This document shows, piece after piece, positions 10,075 to 19,905 of a stretch of DNA of 64,000 bases (position 1 is its first letter; every line of letters starts with the position of its first letter). The DNA is from a virus. Its lineage: Duplodnaviria > Caudoviricetes. The DNA is taken from positions 8,322-72,321 of the IMG/VR virus record IMGVR_UViG_3300029913_000012. One strand, given 5' to 3'. The position numbers and the translations under genes are program-made. The notes under the pieces are model-generated. The model made no database searches and was not told the origin of the DNA. It saw only the letters and a program-made list of their open reading frames with translations.

Positions 10075-10914
10075 TTAACATAATCCTGTTCCAATTATTA
10101 ATCCAGTATTATCTAAATGTATCCAAATTTTAGGTACTAATCCACTTAATTCTAATGATAAATATCCATCATTTGTACTATCAGAGTGTCCTGTTATTGG
10201 AGTTGTTAATGTAAAATCATCATATAATATGGTTGTATTTATTATTATTGATGACGCAGTAGTATAATAAAATCTACCTATTGAAAATGAAGTACAAGCT
10301 AATGTAGAATTAGATGCAAATCCACTAGCTGATCCACCATAATAATAATATGGAGTAGAAGTCGTTGTAGTTGTAGTTGTCGGAGCAATAGTAGTAGTTG
10401 TAGTTGTCGGAGCAATAGTAGTAGTTGTAGTTGTCGGAGCAATAGTAGTAGTTGTAGTTGTCGGAGCAATAGTAGTAGTTGTAGTTGTCGGAGCAATAGT
10501 AGTTGTAGTATTAGAAATACAATTAACCCATGAGTAATTATTGCTACCTATTTGCATACACATTTCTAAATAAGAATTATTTTGATTAGTTCTATATCTA
10601 AATGTACCAGTTATTCCTGAATTACATTCATCACAATAATTTAATATTTTAACCTCATGTGTTAAGCCTGATGATGAATACATTCCTGATGTACCATCTT
10701 GTCCACTTATACCAATAACTCCATCAATACCTGTTGTACCATTTGTGCCACTTGAACTAGATTCAGTAAATCCAGAAAATATATAATCATTTATTTGATA
10801 TAAATTTATTTTCTTACTAACCGTGCCATATGTTATATGATCAACAGGCAAAATAAGATTATTATTTAAATAATTTTCTTTTTCAAAATTTCGAATTCTT
10901 ATAATATTTGGCAT
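10075..10914 (-). CDS. Mucin-like Thr-repeat protein (putative virion fibre or decoration)
   Basis: (TTTTTTIAP)n stalk; shares the MPNIIRIRN N-terminus and CNSG.TGTFRYRT..NSYLEMCMQ domain with 10949..12268. Confidence 0.7.
   Translation of the reverse strand: MPNIIRIRNFEKENYLNNNLILPVDHITYGTVSKKINLYQINDYIFSGFTESSSSGTNGTTGIDGVIGISGQDGTSGMYSSSGLTHEVKILNYCDECNSGITGTFRYRTNQNNSYLEMCMQIGSNNYSWVNCISNTTTTIAPTTTTTTIAPTTTTTTIAPTTTTTTIAPTTTTTTIAPTTTTTTTSTPYYYYGGSASGFASNSTLACTSFSIGRFYYTTASSIIINTTILYDDFTLTTPITGHSDSTNDGYLSLELSGLVPKIWIHLDNTGLIIGTGLC
10366..10510. repeat. 27-bp tandem repeat x5 encoding TTTTTTIAP
   Basis: gtagttgtagttgtcggagcaatagta repeated nearly perfectly. Confidence 0.95.
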
Positions 10915-10948
10915 TAATTCAATTTAATTTTTATTAATTGTGTAACTA

Positions 10949-12268
10949 TTAAACTTCTTCACAACCTATTACATAACTAAATGTTAGTAAACTATTAGGT
11001 ATAACAGAATAACAGCATACTGTTATTGTACCTCCTTGTTTTTCTAATAATATACTTTGATCTTCATGATTATAATTTATCCAATGTGCGTAAGTATTAC
11101 TTTGACTATTATTTATAATTGTATATTGAAACATAGCTGCTGTTGTACTTGTTGTTGTAGTAGTTACTAATGTATTATCGTATGCATAAGTATTTGAATA
11201 TCTATTATTTGTATAATCATAAATTTTAAATACTAATGGTACTCTTGGATAATTTGTAGCACTACCGAAATTCACTGGACTATATCCTCCTGTTTGATTT
11301 GATACTGGTGTAAATGTTAAACCTCCATCTGTTGAATATTGATTACCTAATACTGTAATTGGTAAAGAACCTGGATTAAAAGTGAACCATAAATTTCCTG
11401 ATATTAAATTAATAGCATTCAACACTAATAAATTAGATGATGATGTAGTTGTAGTTGTAGTAGTTGGTAAAGATGTAGTTGTAGTTGTAGTTGATGACGC
11501 CGTAGTTGTAGTAGTTGTAGTTATAGGCGCAATTGTTGTAGTCCACGTATTTGATACTATTGGAACCCAAACATAATTAGTAGAACCAGACTGCATACAC
11601 ATTTCTAAATATGAATTATATATATCTGTTCTGTATCTAAATGTACCTGTCGTACCAGAATTACAATCCGAACAATAACCAACTACCATTATATTATTAA
11701 CATTATTACATGTTACTTGATTTAAATATACTTTATCATTATTATTTGGTGATAATAATGTATATAAATTACCTAAATTAACTAAATTGTCATTTAAATA
11801 CCATTCATATGAATAATCTGTAAATCCTGTCATACCAGTAACAAAAAAAGTTACGCCTGTAGTTCCTGTAGTTATATAACAAATTCCGCTATTTTCTGAT
11901 GTTGGTATTGATATTGGTAAACTTTCAATTTTAGGTATGCTTGTTATAGTTAAAGCTGTTGGTGCTACGTAAGTAGTTGATATCACAATGATATTAGATT
12001 GATATCCATGACAAGGTGATATACCAGAACTTCCACTAGTTCCATTATTACCAGAAGAACCATTAAATCCAGATGTTCCAGAAGTACCACTTGTTGCACC
12101 AGTATAATTAGAAAGTGCAAAATTTTTAATTTGATCTAAATTTATTTGTTTAATATTAGATGTATATCCTTGATTTGAGGTATCTCCACTATAATCAACA
12201 GGAAATATAAGTCCTCCAGTTATATTGTTTTCAGTATCTAAATTTCTTATTCTTATTATATTTGGCAT
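10949..12268 (-). CDS. Mucin-like Thr/Ser-rich protein, paralog of 10075..10914
   Basis: SGTSGTSG repeats, Ig-like YSYEWYLN segment, shared EMCMQ domain, poly-Thr linkers. Confidence 0.7.
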   Translation of the reverse strand: MPNIIRIRNLDTENNITGGLIFPVDYSGDTSNQGYTSNIKQINLDQIKNFALSNYTGATSGTSGTSGFNGSSGNNGTSGSSGISPCHGYQSNIIVISTTYVAPTALTITSIPKIESLPISIPTSENSGICYITTGTTGVTFFVTGMTGFTDYSYEWYLNDNLVNLGNLYTLLSPNNNDKVYLNQVTCNNVNNIMVVGYCSDCNSGTTGTFRYRTDIYNSYLEMCMQSGSTNYVWVPIVSNTWTTTIAPITTTTTTTASSTTTTTTSLPTTTTTTTSSSNLLVLNAINLISGNLWFTFNPGSLPITVLGNQYSTDGGLTFTPVSNQTGGYSPVNFGSATNYPRVPLVFKIYDYTNNRYSNTYAYDNTLVTTTTTSTTAAMFQYTIINNSQSNTYAHWINYNHEDQSILLEKQGGTITVCCYSVIPNSLLTFSYVIGCEEV

Positions 12269-12351
12269 TAAAAATTTACTTATTTTTTACTATATATAAA
12301 AATAAATATGTTGTATTTATTTTCAATATATATATTTAATATATAGTATAT

Positions 12352-12738
12352 ATGATTACTAAATTTAAAATATTTGAGCAACAACAAGAGCTAAATTGGA
12401 AATTAATTTTAGATATTTCCAAAATTTGGAATGATTCATTATATGAAAATATTAATGAATTAACAAAATTTAATGAAAATTATATTAATTTTTTAAATAA
12501 TCAAAAAGATTTAATAATTGAACAAACATCTCAAAATTCATGGGTTAAATTACAAGAATTAATAGAAAGAATGACTAAAAATAAAGATAAAATTGAAGAA
12601 AGTACTTCTGTTTGGGATGATATTTATGATTGGGCGGATAGCAATATGGTTGAAATTAAAACTGGAGATAAAATATCAACAGAAAATTCCGAAGGTGCAG
12701 AATTACCTTCGAATACAGAAATAAAGCCAGATTTTTAA
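12352..12738 (+). CDS. CTS-leader protein (putative internal head protein)
   Basis: Starts MITKFKIFEQ. Confidence 0.7.
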   Translation: MITKFKIFEQQQELNWKLILDISKIWNDSLYENINELTKFNENYINFLNNQKDLIIEQTSQNSWVKLQELIERMTKNKDKIEESTSVWDDIYDWADSNMVEIKTGDKISTENSEGAELPSNTEIKPDF

Positions 12739-12740
12739 TT

Positions 12741-13007
12741 ATGATAATAAAATTTAAATTATTTGAATCAATAAATAGACGATTAAAAATAGGTGATTTT
12801 ATAACAACAGATAAAAATCATACTAATAGTTATGTGAAAGTTAAGCCATATGAAATAGGAAAGTTATATAATATTTCTGGAGGTGATCATTACTGGTTTT
12901 CATATGATGGAGGTAAAATATGTATTGATATAGAAGATATTTTATTATGGTCTGAAAATAAAGAAGAATTAGAATTGATGATAAATACTCAAAAATATAA
13001 TATATGA
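12741..13007 (+). CDS. CTS-leader protein with KYNI C-terminus
   Basis: MIIKFKLFES...WSENKEELELMINTQKYNI. Confidence 0.7.
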   Translation: MIIKFKLFESINRRLKIGDFITTDKNHTNSYVKVKPYEIGKLYNISGGDHYWFSYDGGKICIDIEDILLWSENKEELELMINTQKYNI

Positions 13008-13339
13008 TAACAAAATTTAAATTATTTGAAAATATTAGTACATCACCAAAAATTGGAGATTATGTTATAATTAATGAAGTGGAGTTTTCATTTAGTAGTA
13101 AAGTTTTTTATGAGTTTATAAAATCAAATATTGGTAAAATTGAAAGTACTTATATATCTCACGGAGGAACTGAAAAATTTTATGTGATTAGATTTGATTT
13201 AAAAATAATACCAGATTTGATTGTAACTATGTTTAATAAAGATGGTGATAGAAGCTTTAATTTTTCAGATTTAAAATTTTGGTCTAGTAATAAAGAAGAA
13301 TTAGAAATATTAATAAACTCTAAAAAATATAACATATGA
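13004..13339 (+). CDS. CTS-leader protein with KYNI C-terminus
   Basis: MITKFKLFEN..PKIGDYVI...WSSNKEELEILINSKKYNI; ATGA overlap with both neighbours. Confidence 0.7.
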   Translation: MITKFKLFENISTSPKIGDYVIINEVEFSFSSKVFYEFIKSNIGKIESTYISHGGTEKFYVIRFDLKIIPDLIVTMFNKDGDRSFNFSDLKFWSSNKEELEILINSKKYNI

Positions 13340-13620
13340 TATATTTAAAATATTTTGAAAGTAAAAATAGTATATGGTTAGCTATCACTTCTGATTATGA
13401 AGATGATGAATATATTTATTTTGATGCTTGGGAAACAAACAATGAAGATGAAGATGGAGAAGTTATAGCAAAAATAGATATCAATAAAGAAAAAATTATT
13501 TATATTGATGATAGGGCGAAAATTGATAATTATGCTCAGGAGGAAATAAGAAATGTGATTAATACATACTTTACACCAGAAAAAAGACTTGAAATTAGTA
13601 TAAGAAAATATAATTTATAA
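13336..13620 (+). CDS. CTS-leader protein with KYNL C-terminus
   Basis: MIYLKYFES...KRLEISIRKYNL. Confidence 0.7.
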   Translation: MIYLKYFESKNSIWLAITSDYEDDEYIYFDAWETNNEDEDGEVIAKIDINKEKIIYIDDRAKIDNYAQEEIRNVINTYFTPEKRLEISIRKYNL

Positions 13621-13622
13621 AA

Positions 13623-14258
13623 ATGATAACAAAATTTAAAATATTTGAATATTTTTCGAATGAAAATAATGAAAATATAAAAAAAGGAGTAGATTTTATA
13701 TATAATCAACATCCTGAACTTAATGATATAGGAACAAAATTAGAGTACTCATCATATATAAATACTATTTTCCATAATAGTAAGATAAAAAAAATATTAT
13801 TTCATTCATCTAAAAATGCTTTTGATGTATTTGATAAGAAATTTTTTGGAACTACAAGTGATGTTGGCGCATTTGGTAGAGGTTTTTATTTTTCAGAGTT
13901 TTTAGAATATTCAAAAGGATACGGATTAAACACAAAAGCTGTTGTTCTGAATATTGTTAATCCTATGAATATATTAAATACTCAGGAAGATGATAAATTA
14001 TATTTAGGAAAATCAATAAAGGAAACATGGGGTAATGATAAAGATGGAGTTATTTTTACAGTCACAAATTGGAAAGAATTGGCAGATTCTGGAAATCATG
14101 CAAGTATTGAAGATTTTCAAGAAATTGGATTAGGAAAAGAATCTGGTGTAATGGATGCAGTTGTAGACGAAGTGGAACAAATTCATATTCTTGGAACAAA
14201 TAAAGATATTGAAAAATTCAAACAATATAAAAATTCTTATAAAAACAATAAATTATAA
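13623..14258 (+). CDS. CTS-leader ADP-ribosyltransferase-like protein (ART-PolyVal-like)
   Basis: MITKFKIFEY leader; LFHSS..FDVFD, FGRGFYFS...S.GYG, LNIVNP, DGVI and QIHILG motifs of H-Y-type ART domains. Confidence 0.65.
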   Translation: MITKFKIFEYFSNENNENIKKGVDFIYNQHPELNDIGTKLEYSSYINTIFHNSKIKKILFHSSKNAFDVFDKKFFGTTSDVGAFGRGFYFSEFLEYSKGYGLNTKAVVLNIVNPMNILNTQEDDKLYLGKSIKETWGNDKDGVIFTVTNWKELADSGNHASIEDFQEIGLGKESGVMDAVVDEVEQIHILGTNKDIEKFKQYKNSYKNNKL

Positions 14259-14602
14259 TGATAACAAAATTTAAATTATTCGAACAAACAGGAGGATTTG
14301 ATTTAGGCGATACTGTTTTAATTATGTACAAAGTACCTAAAACTGATAAAAGAGAAGTGGTTCCAGTTAAAATAATAACAGAAGATGGTATTCATCGTCA
14401 ATTTTCATTTGATGTTGCAAATAATCCATTTCCTCATCAAAGACCTATTCCGTTTGATAATAATATGGTCATAAATAAAACTGACTCTATCAAAGAGCCA
14501 TATAAACCCGCATGGACTTCTGAGCAGCCATGCAGTACAGATTATTCACCTGCAGCTAATCCAAATCAGATTACAAATGATTTCGTTTTACCTAATTCTT
14601 AA
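14258..14602 (+). CDS. CTS-leader protein
   Basis: MITKFKLFEQ, FDLGDTVLI SH3-like core. Confidence 0.65.
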   Translation: MITKFKLFEQTGGFDLGDTVLIMYKVPKTDKREVVPVKIITEDGIHRQFSFDVANNPFPHQRPIPFDNNMVINKTDSIKEPYKPAWTSEQPCSTDYSPAANPNQITNDFVLPNS

Positions 14603-14616
14603 AAAATAATAAAGTT

Positions 14617-15432
14617 ATGTTAATAATAGAAAAAATTAAAATTAAACTAAATAATAAAAATATTAAACATTTCAAAAAATTAGGATACGATAATAAATAT
14701 GGTGAAATTATAGAAATAAACTGTAATGAATTATCTGAAAATAGTAAATTTAGAGTAAATATTATTTGTGATAGATGTGGTGAAATTAAAAATATAACAT
14801 ATCAAGAATATTTAAATCAACGTAAAAAATTTGATTTTGATACTTGCAATAAATGTAAATTTGAAAAAAATGATATTACAAATTTGAAAAAATATGGTGT
14901 AAAAAATACATTTGGCTCAAAATATTTTATCGAAAAATCAAAAATAACAAAATTAGAAAAATACGGTGATGAGAATTACAACAATATAGAAAAAACTAAG
15001 AAAACTAATTTAATAAAATATGGAACAAAATATTCATTTTTAAATGAAGAAGTTAGAAATAAAGTATTGACTTCTCATATAAAAAGTGGATTATGGTTAA
15101 GAAAAGAAGATAGAACTGATTTTAAAAATTATTATTTAAAAGTTTACAGTGAAACATTAAAAAATAAGAAAGAATTATTAGATAATTGGAATGGTTATGA
15201 TTATTATTCTAATGAATATATTTTAGATAATTTTAAATTAGACAGTAATGATAAAAAATATCCAACGATGGATCATAAAAAATCTATAAGATATGGATTT
15301 GATAATAATATATCATCTGATGAGATATCTAATATTGAAAATTTATGTATAACAACTCGTTCTAATAATTCTTCTAAAAGTAAAAAAAATGAATCTGAAT
15401 TTAATATTATACAATATGATAACAAAATTTAA
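14617..15432 (+). CDS. HNH homing endonuclease
   Basis: CDRC/CNKC zinc sites, KKYG repeats, C-terminal PTMDHKKSI...ENLCITTRSNNSSK. Confidence 0.75.
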   Translation: MLIIEKIKIKLNNKNIKHFKKLGYDNKYGEIIEINCNELSENSKFRVNIICDRCGEIKNITYQEYLNQRKKFDFDTCNKCKFEKNDITNLKKYGVKNTFGSKYFIEKSKITKLEKYGDENYNNIEKTKKTNLIKYGTKYSFLNEEVRNKVLTSHIKSGLWLRKEDRTDFKNYYLKVYSETLKNKKELLDNWNGYDYYSNEYILDNFKLDSNDKKYPTMDHKKSIRYGFDNNISSDEISNIENLCITTRSNNSSKSKKNESEFNIIQYDNKI

Positions 15433-15841
15433 AAATTTATACGAAAAAATAGATTTAAGTGATATAAAAATTGATATTGAAAATGAAAATAATGAACTTA
15501 TTGATAAATTAACTCAAGAACTTTCTATAATTACATATAGAAGAAAAAATAGTCCTAAACCAATCAGATTAACTGAAATAAGTGGATATTTTAACAATAA
15601 AGATTTTATAAATATTAATTTAATATATAGAACATATTTAGTCATAAGCTTATCTAATGGAGATAAAGTAAAAGGAAAACTATCTATATTCAAAGACGAT
15701 AATGAAAATAATATCAATATAAAAATAAATGATAAACAAATTTATGATATTGATAATAAAAAATTTGATGATGAATTATTAGTAGAAAAAATAATATCAA
15801 AATATAAAGAATATTTATTAGAAAAATTTAAATTAAGATGA
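15416..15841 (+). CDS. CTS-leader protein (start re-assigned from 15389)
   Basis: In-frame ATGATAACAAAATTTAAA at 15416 gives MITKFKNLYEK like its neighbours. Confidence 0.65.
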   Translation: MITKFKNLYEKIDLSDIKIDIENENNELIDKLTQELSIITYRRKNSPKPIRLTEISGYFNNKDFININLIYRTYLVISLSNGDKVKGKLSIFKDDNENNINIKINDKQIYDIDNKKFDDELLVEKIISKYKEYLLEKFKLR

Positions 15842-15857
15842 AAATAAAAAATGAAAA

Positions 15858-16184
15858 ATGAAAGAAATTAAAAAATATACAGATTACGAACTCAATGAAG
15901 CGACTATTGAAATTGAAGGTACTGAAGAAGGAGTTTATGTTTTAACTATACATGATATTCATAATATAGTAAATAATTTTACAGATGAAGAAGTAACTGA
16001 AGAAGACATAATTGAAGAATTGTCTGATTATACATTTGTAAAAGTTGAAGATTCAGAAATTCGCGTAATTGATGATGAAGTAACTGATAATGAAATAGAA
16101 GAAGATGAATTAGCAGCAGATGGCGATATTACAGGATTAAAAGCTGATGAAGATCCAACTATGATAAAAAAATTTGAAGAATAA
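15858..16184 (+). CDS. Acidic CTS-leader protein
   Basis: MKEIKKYTDYELNEA; ends MIKKFEE; very acidic. Confidence 0.65.
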   Translation: MKEIKKYTDYELNEATIEIEGTEEGVYVLTIHDIHNIVNNFTDEEVTEEDIIEELSDYTFVKVEDSEIRVIDDEVTDNEIEEDELAADGDITGLKADEDPTMIKKFEE

Positions 16185-16438
16185 TGAAAAAATTTACACA
16201 CTTAGACGAAGATTTAATTAAAGAAAATCTTGAAGCAAAAAGACAATTTGACATAGAATATAATTTTGCTCTTGTTAAATTAGAAACTATAAAATCATCA
16301 TTAAATAATATGTCAAATAAGCAAATTAATAATCCAAGTGATTATGGTTATGTTGGAGATATTAATCATGTGACTGAATGTTTAGATGAAATATTAAATT
16401 TTTTAATTGATTATCAACCTAAAATGTCAGCTATTTAA
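16184..16438 (+). CDS. CTS-like leader protein
   Basis: MKKFTHLDEDLIKEN; DYGYVGD motif. Confidence 0.6.
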   Translation: MKKFTHLDEDLIKENLEAKRQFDIEYNFALVKLETIKSSLNNMSNKQINNPSDYGYVGDINHVTECLDEILNFLIDYQPKMSAI

Positions 16439-16456
16439 TAAAAATAAATTATAATA

Positions 16457-16855
16457 ATGTCAGATATAACAACAAAATTTGATGATTTTAAATCTAATAA
16501 GGTTAAAAAATTTGATAAATATCAAGAATATGAACCTTTATCTGATGATATTATAGCATTATCTAAATTAGATAACGGTGAATATGAAAAAGTAACTGGA
16601 CCAGTTAATATAGTTCAAATTACTGGAGTAATTACAGACGAGGAAGAAATTAAAAAATTAGATGAAATAGCTGGAGGACCTGTTCTGAATACAGATTTAA
16701 GTTTAAAACAAGTTAAGCGTGGTCAGGAACTCTGGATCACCTGTTTGCTCCAGAAACCATCGACAGCAGTTTTTAATTCCCAAACTTTAGGATGCCTAAA
16801 AGTTCGAATTATCGATATATATTATGGCTTATCTAAATTAAGTACATTGAAATAA
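16457..16855 (+). CDS. Hypothetical protein with KFxxF leader
   Basis: MSDITTKFDDFK...KKFDKY. Confidence 0.6.
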   Translation: MSDITTKFDDFKSNKVKKFDKYQEYEPLSDDIIALSKLDNGEYEKVTGPVNIVQITGVITDEEEIKKLDEIAGGPVLNTDLSLKQVKRGQELWITCLLQKPSTAVFNSQTLGCLKVRIIDIYYGLSKLSTLK

Positions 16856-16871
16856 AAATAATCCTAATATT

Positions 16872-17120
16872 ATTCCTTCAAAATCTAAATCCCAGCAGAG
16901 ACTTTTTGGTATGATTCATGCATATCAAAAAGGTGAATTGAAAGATGCTTCACCTACAATTAAAAAAATTGCGAAGCATATTAGTAAAAAAGATGCTACA
17001 GATTTTGCATCAACAAAGCATAAAGGACTTCCTAAACGTGTTAAAAAAAGTAAAAAAGAATCAAGAATTTATAATTTTGAAAAATTTGTTAACGAACAAT
17101 ATAAAAATGATATAAAATAA
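16872..17120 (+). CDS. DUF3008-like protein with apparent ATT start
   Basis: In-frame upstream extension (I)PSKSKSQQRLFGM...DFASTKHKGLP matches the DUF3008 pattern MP.KSK.QQR; C-terminal IYNFEKFVNE. Confidence 0.65.
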   Translation: MPSKSKSQQRLFGMIHAYQKGELKDASPTIKKIAKHISKKDATDFASTKHKGLPKRVKKSKKESRIYNFEKFVNEQYKNDIK

Positions 17121-17402
17121 ATGAAACATTTAAAAATATATGAATATGAATCTAAATATATTATTTTTAGTGATTTAGTTGGTAGTGGAAATATGTCAGC
17201 TACTTATCATGTGAATAAAAGTAAAGGTTTATTTCCATATGTAAAAGAAAATGGTATATTCAGAAAAATTAATATTGATGATAAAGAGTCTATTCCTAGA
17301 AATGCAATTTGGTTGAAACCAGAACAAATTTCTAAATATAATGAACTTGCAATTAAAATAATTAAATTGAAAGAAGAACAAAAAAATATTTTAGATTTAT
17401 AA
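17121..17402 (+). CDS. CTS-leader protein
   Basis: MKHLKIYEYE. Confidence 0.6.
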   Translation: MKHLKIYEYESKYIIFSDLVGSGNMSATYHVNKSKGLFPYVKENGIFRKINIDDKESIPRNAIWLKPEQISKYNELAIKIIKLKEEQKNILDL

Positions 17403-17433
17403 AAAATGACATCTAAATTAGATGTCATTTTTT
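17401..17433. terminator. Bidirectional intrinsic terminator
   Basis: AAAAAATGACATCTAA-A-TTAGATGTCATTTTTT perfect inverted repeat between convergent operons. Confidence 0.8.
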
Positions 17434-18310
17434 AAATATTTTCTGATATTATTTTTAAAATTTCTCGTGCTCTATTTACAAATGTATGATTTTTTCTAAC
17501 ATAATTATATCCACTTTCTGAAATTTTATTTCTTATTTCATCATGAGTTAAATAATATTGAACTTTTTCTTGTAAATCTTGAATTGTAGTATAAACATCT
17601 AAATGTTCACTAACGTTAAATAAATTACGTAAATTTTCAGTTTCATTTGTTAATAAAAATGTCTTACATCCTAAAGTTTCAAATGTTCTATAATTTAAAT
17701 CATCTGCTAAGTTTCTATTAAAATGTATTTTGTAAGAATTTATAGCTTGTACCATATCATCTCCAATAACAAATACATCTTTTTTTATATTAGGTATTGA
17801 ATCAATCCAATTTGCTCGAGATATTATATTACCACAAAATCCAACATTATATTTTTTTTCAATATTTGGATTAAAGTCTATTAAATCATCTGGATATGCA
17901 TTTGGTAAATAATATGTTTTGAAATTTTTAAAATATTTTTTATGAGATTCGATTGCATTCAAAACTATATCAATTTTATTAGAATTGCATGTCATTATAT
18001 GTTCATTAGGTATCATATGTGAATCAATTGACCAAAATAATTTTAATCCTTTAAAATTAGATATATTTGGAAGCCAACCATTATTATAATTCTCTATTAA
18101 CAGAACTACATCATAATCTTTTGATATTTCATCAAATGATATATTATAATTTGGAAAATTTAATCCCCATACTGTGGATTCAATACCTATTTTAGTAAAT
18201 GCTCTATTAAAATTTAAAGACTCTCTAAAATTCTGATTTTTGATGTGTCTTCCTGCTTCTTGTATAATTAATATTTTCATTTTTATTATTTTTAATTTAT
18301 CTTGATACAC
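17432..18310 (-). CDS. Glycosyltransferase, CgeB/YkvP-like (GT-B)
   Basis: YLPNAY, VGFCG, YKIHFN...DLNYRTFETLGCKTFLLT...RNKISESGY..V..NHTF.NRA. Confidence 0.85.
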   Translation of the reverse strand: MYQDKLKIIKMKILIIQEAGRHIKNQNFRESLNFNRAFTKIGIESTVWGLNFPNYNISFDEISKDYDVVLLIENYNNGWLPNISNFKGLKLFWSIDSHMIPNEHIMTCNSNKIDIVLNAIESHKKYFKNFKTYYLPNAYPDDLIDFNPNIEKKYNVGFCGNIISRANWIDSIPNIKKDVFVIGDDMVQAINSYKIHFNRNLADDLNYRTFETLGCKTFLLTNETENLRNLFNVSEHLDVYTTIQDLQEKVQYYLTHDEIRNKISESGYNYVRKNHTFVNRAREILKIISENI

Positions 18311-18941
18311 TTGTTCCTATTGTGTAAATATATAATCTTTCTTGTATTTGATGAAATATATATCCTTTTTTTATTGCTCTGTTCCATAAATCCCAGTCTT
18401 CTATTCCTTTTGTATTATTATATCCATTTAATTCATCTAAACAAGATTTTCTAATTAACATTGATCCATGTGTTAATATATTTTCTTGTAATAATCTATT
18501 TTTTATTTGATCATTAGTTTCATAAGTACCTAATTTAAAACAGCTATCAAATAAATTATTATTATTTTGATATTTATTATATGCTTGTGTGCCTAAAAAA
18601 TCTACTTTATTATTATTAATATATTCTATTTGTTTTAATAATTTATCAGGCATATACAGGTCATCAGCATCTAAATATCCAATCCATTCACTACTAATAT
18701 TTGATAATCCAAAATTTTTAGCAACTGATAAACCTTCTTTTTTATTATGAAATAATCTATTTATAGTAAAGTTATATAAATTTTTTACAATATTGTTTGT
18801 ATTAATCCAACATTCATCAAACACAATAAAAACATCAAATTTTTTATATGTTTGATTATTTAATGACTCTAATGCATCTAATAATAAATTATCATGTTTT
18901 TCATCTGTACTATGTACGCAAATTAATATAGATAATGTCAT
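18297..18941 (-). CDS. Glycosyltransferase family 2
   Basis: LSILICV, NQTY, GLSVAKNFGL, YLDADD, EDWDLW. Confidence 0.9.
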   Translation of the reverse strand: MTLSILICVHSTDEKHDNLLLDALESLNNQTYKKFDVFIVFDECWINTNNIVKNLYNFTINRLFHNKKEGLSVAKNFGLSNISSEWIGYLDADDLYMPDKLLKQIEYINNNKVDFLGTQAYNKYQNNNNLFDSCFKLGTYETNDQIKNRLLQENILTHGSMLIRKSCLDELNGYNNTKGIEDWDLWNRAIKKGYIFHQIQERLYIYTIGTSVSR

Positions 18942-18943
18942 AT

Positions 18944-19897
18944 TTACTCTTTTTTTAATTGTTCTATATATTTTACTATATCATTATTATTATCAAGTAT
19001 TGATAATTCTTTTGTTTTATTATTAAAATATGTATATCTATTAAATAATTTTGATCTTTCTGGTGTAGTAACATCTTCTATATTTCTTGATATTGTTAAT
19101 AATCTTTCTATATTTATATCTGTTAATCCATTTAAGTTTATATCATTTTTAATAGATAAATAATTTGAACCTAAAATTTGATTTTGATTTGATAACCATT
19201 CTTCTGAGAATCCAAATACTAAATGAAAAATTAAATCCTCTATTATCATACCATAAACTCCCATACCTGGTGTTTCACCTATAATTCTATTCATTCTTAA
19301 ACTTAATTTATCACCATAATCATTTAAATCTGAATATACTTGTGATACTACTCCATTATCACAACTAATGTTTATCCAATCCTTGACTATTGGACTATAT
19401 CCTGCTTTTGTATGATTTGTTGGTCTTATAAAGCCTACTTTTTCTGATATATCTTTAGCTATTGAAGTTTTACTAATTCTAAAATAATTATTTATATGCA
19501 AAAATTTACCTAATTGTTTATATGAATTGTGTAATTCTGTTTCTTTACCTACAAATGATAAATTAAATTTATTTATTAATTTTATCGGTATATATAACCA
19601 TTTATTAGATATTGGAAATGCATCGCAATCTAAAGAACAAAAATATTCAGTATCACAAATTTCTAATCCTTTATCAATAGGATATCCAGCGTCTATTTGA
19701 TTTATTTTTATTATTTTTATTTGGCTATCATTATTATACAATTCTAATATTTTATTATGAATATTATCATCACTCTGATTAGCAATTATAATTTTAGTCT
19801 GTATTTCTTGATGCTCGAATTTTTTAATTTGATTAATACAACCTTTAAGAAATTCAAATTCTTTAACAACTGGAATTAATATTGTACAACTATACAT
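18944..19897 (-). CDS. GT-A fold glycosyltransferase-like protein
   Basis: TILIPV, DKGL..CDTEYFCSLDCDAFP (DxD). Confidence 0.7.
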   Translation of the reverse strand: MYSCTILIPVVKEFEFLKGCINQIKKFEHQEIQTKIIIANQSDDNIHNKILELYNNDSQIKIIKINQIDAGYPIDKGLEICDTEYFCSLDCDAFPISNKWLYIPIKLINKFNLSFVGKETELHNSYKQLGKFLHINNYFRISKTSIAKDISEKVGFIRPTNHTKAGYSPIVKDWINISCDNGVVSQVYSDLNDYGDKLSLRMNRIIGETPGMGVYGMIIEDLIFHLVFGFSEEWLSNQNQILGSNYLSIKNDINLNGLTDINIERLLTISRNIEDVTTPERSKLFNRYTYFNNKTKELSILDNNNDIVKYIEQLKKE

Positions 19898-19905
19898 ATT
19901 TAATA

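Noticed and set aside
10366-10510. Regular short repeats resembling a CRISPR array
   Set aside because: No unique spacers; 27-bp units are in-frame coding repeats (TTTTTTIAP); no cas genes in the window
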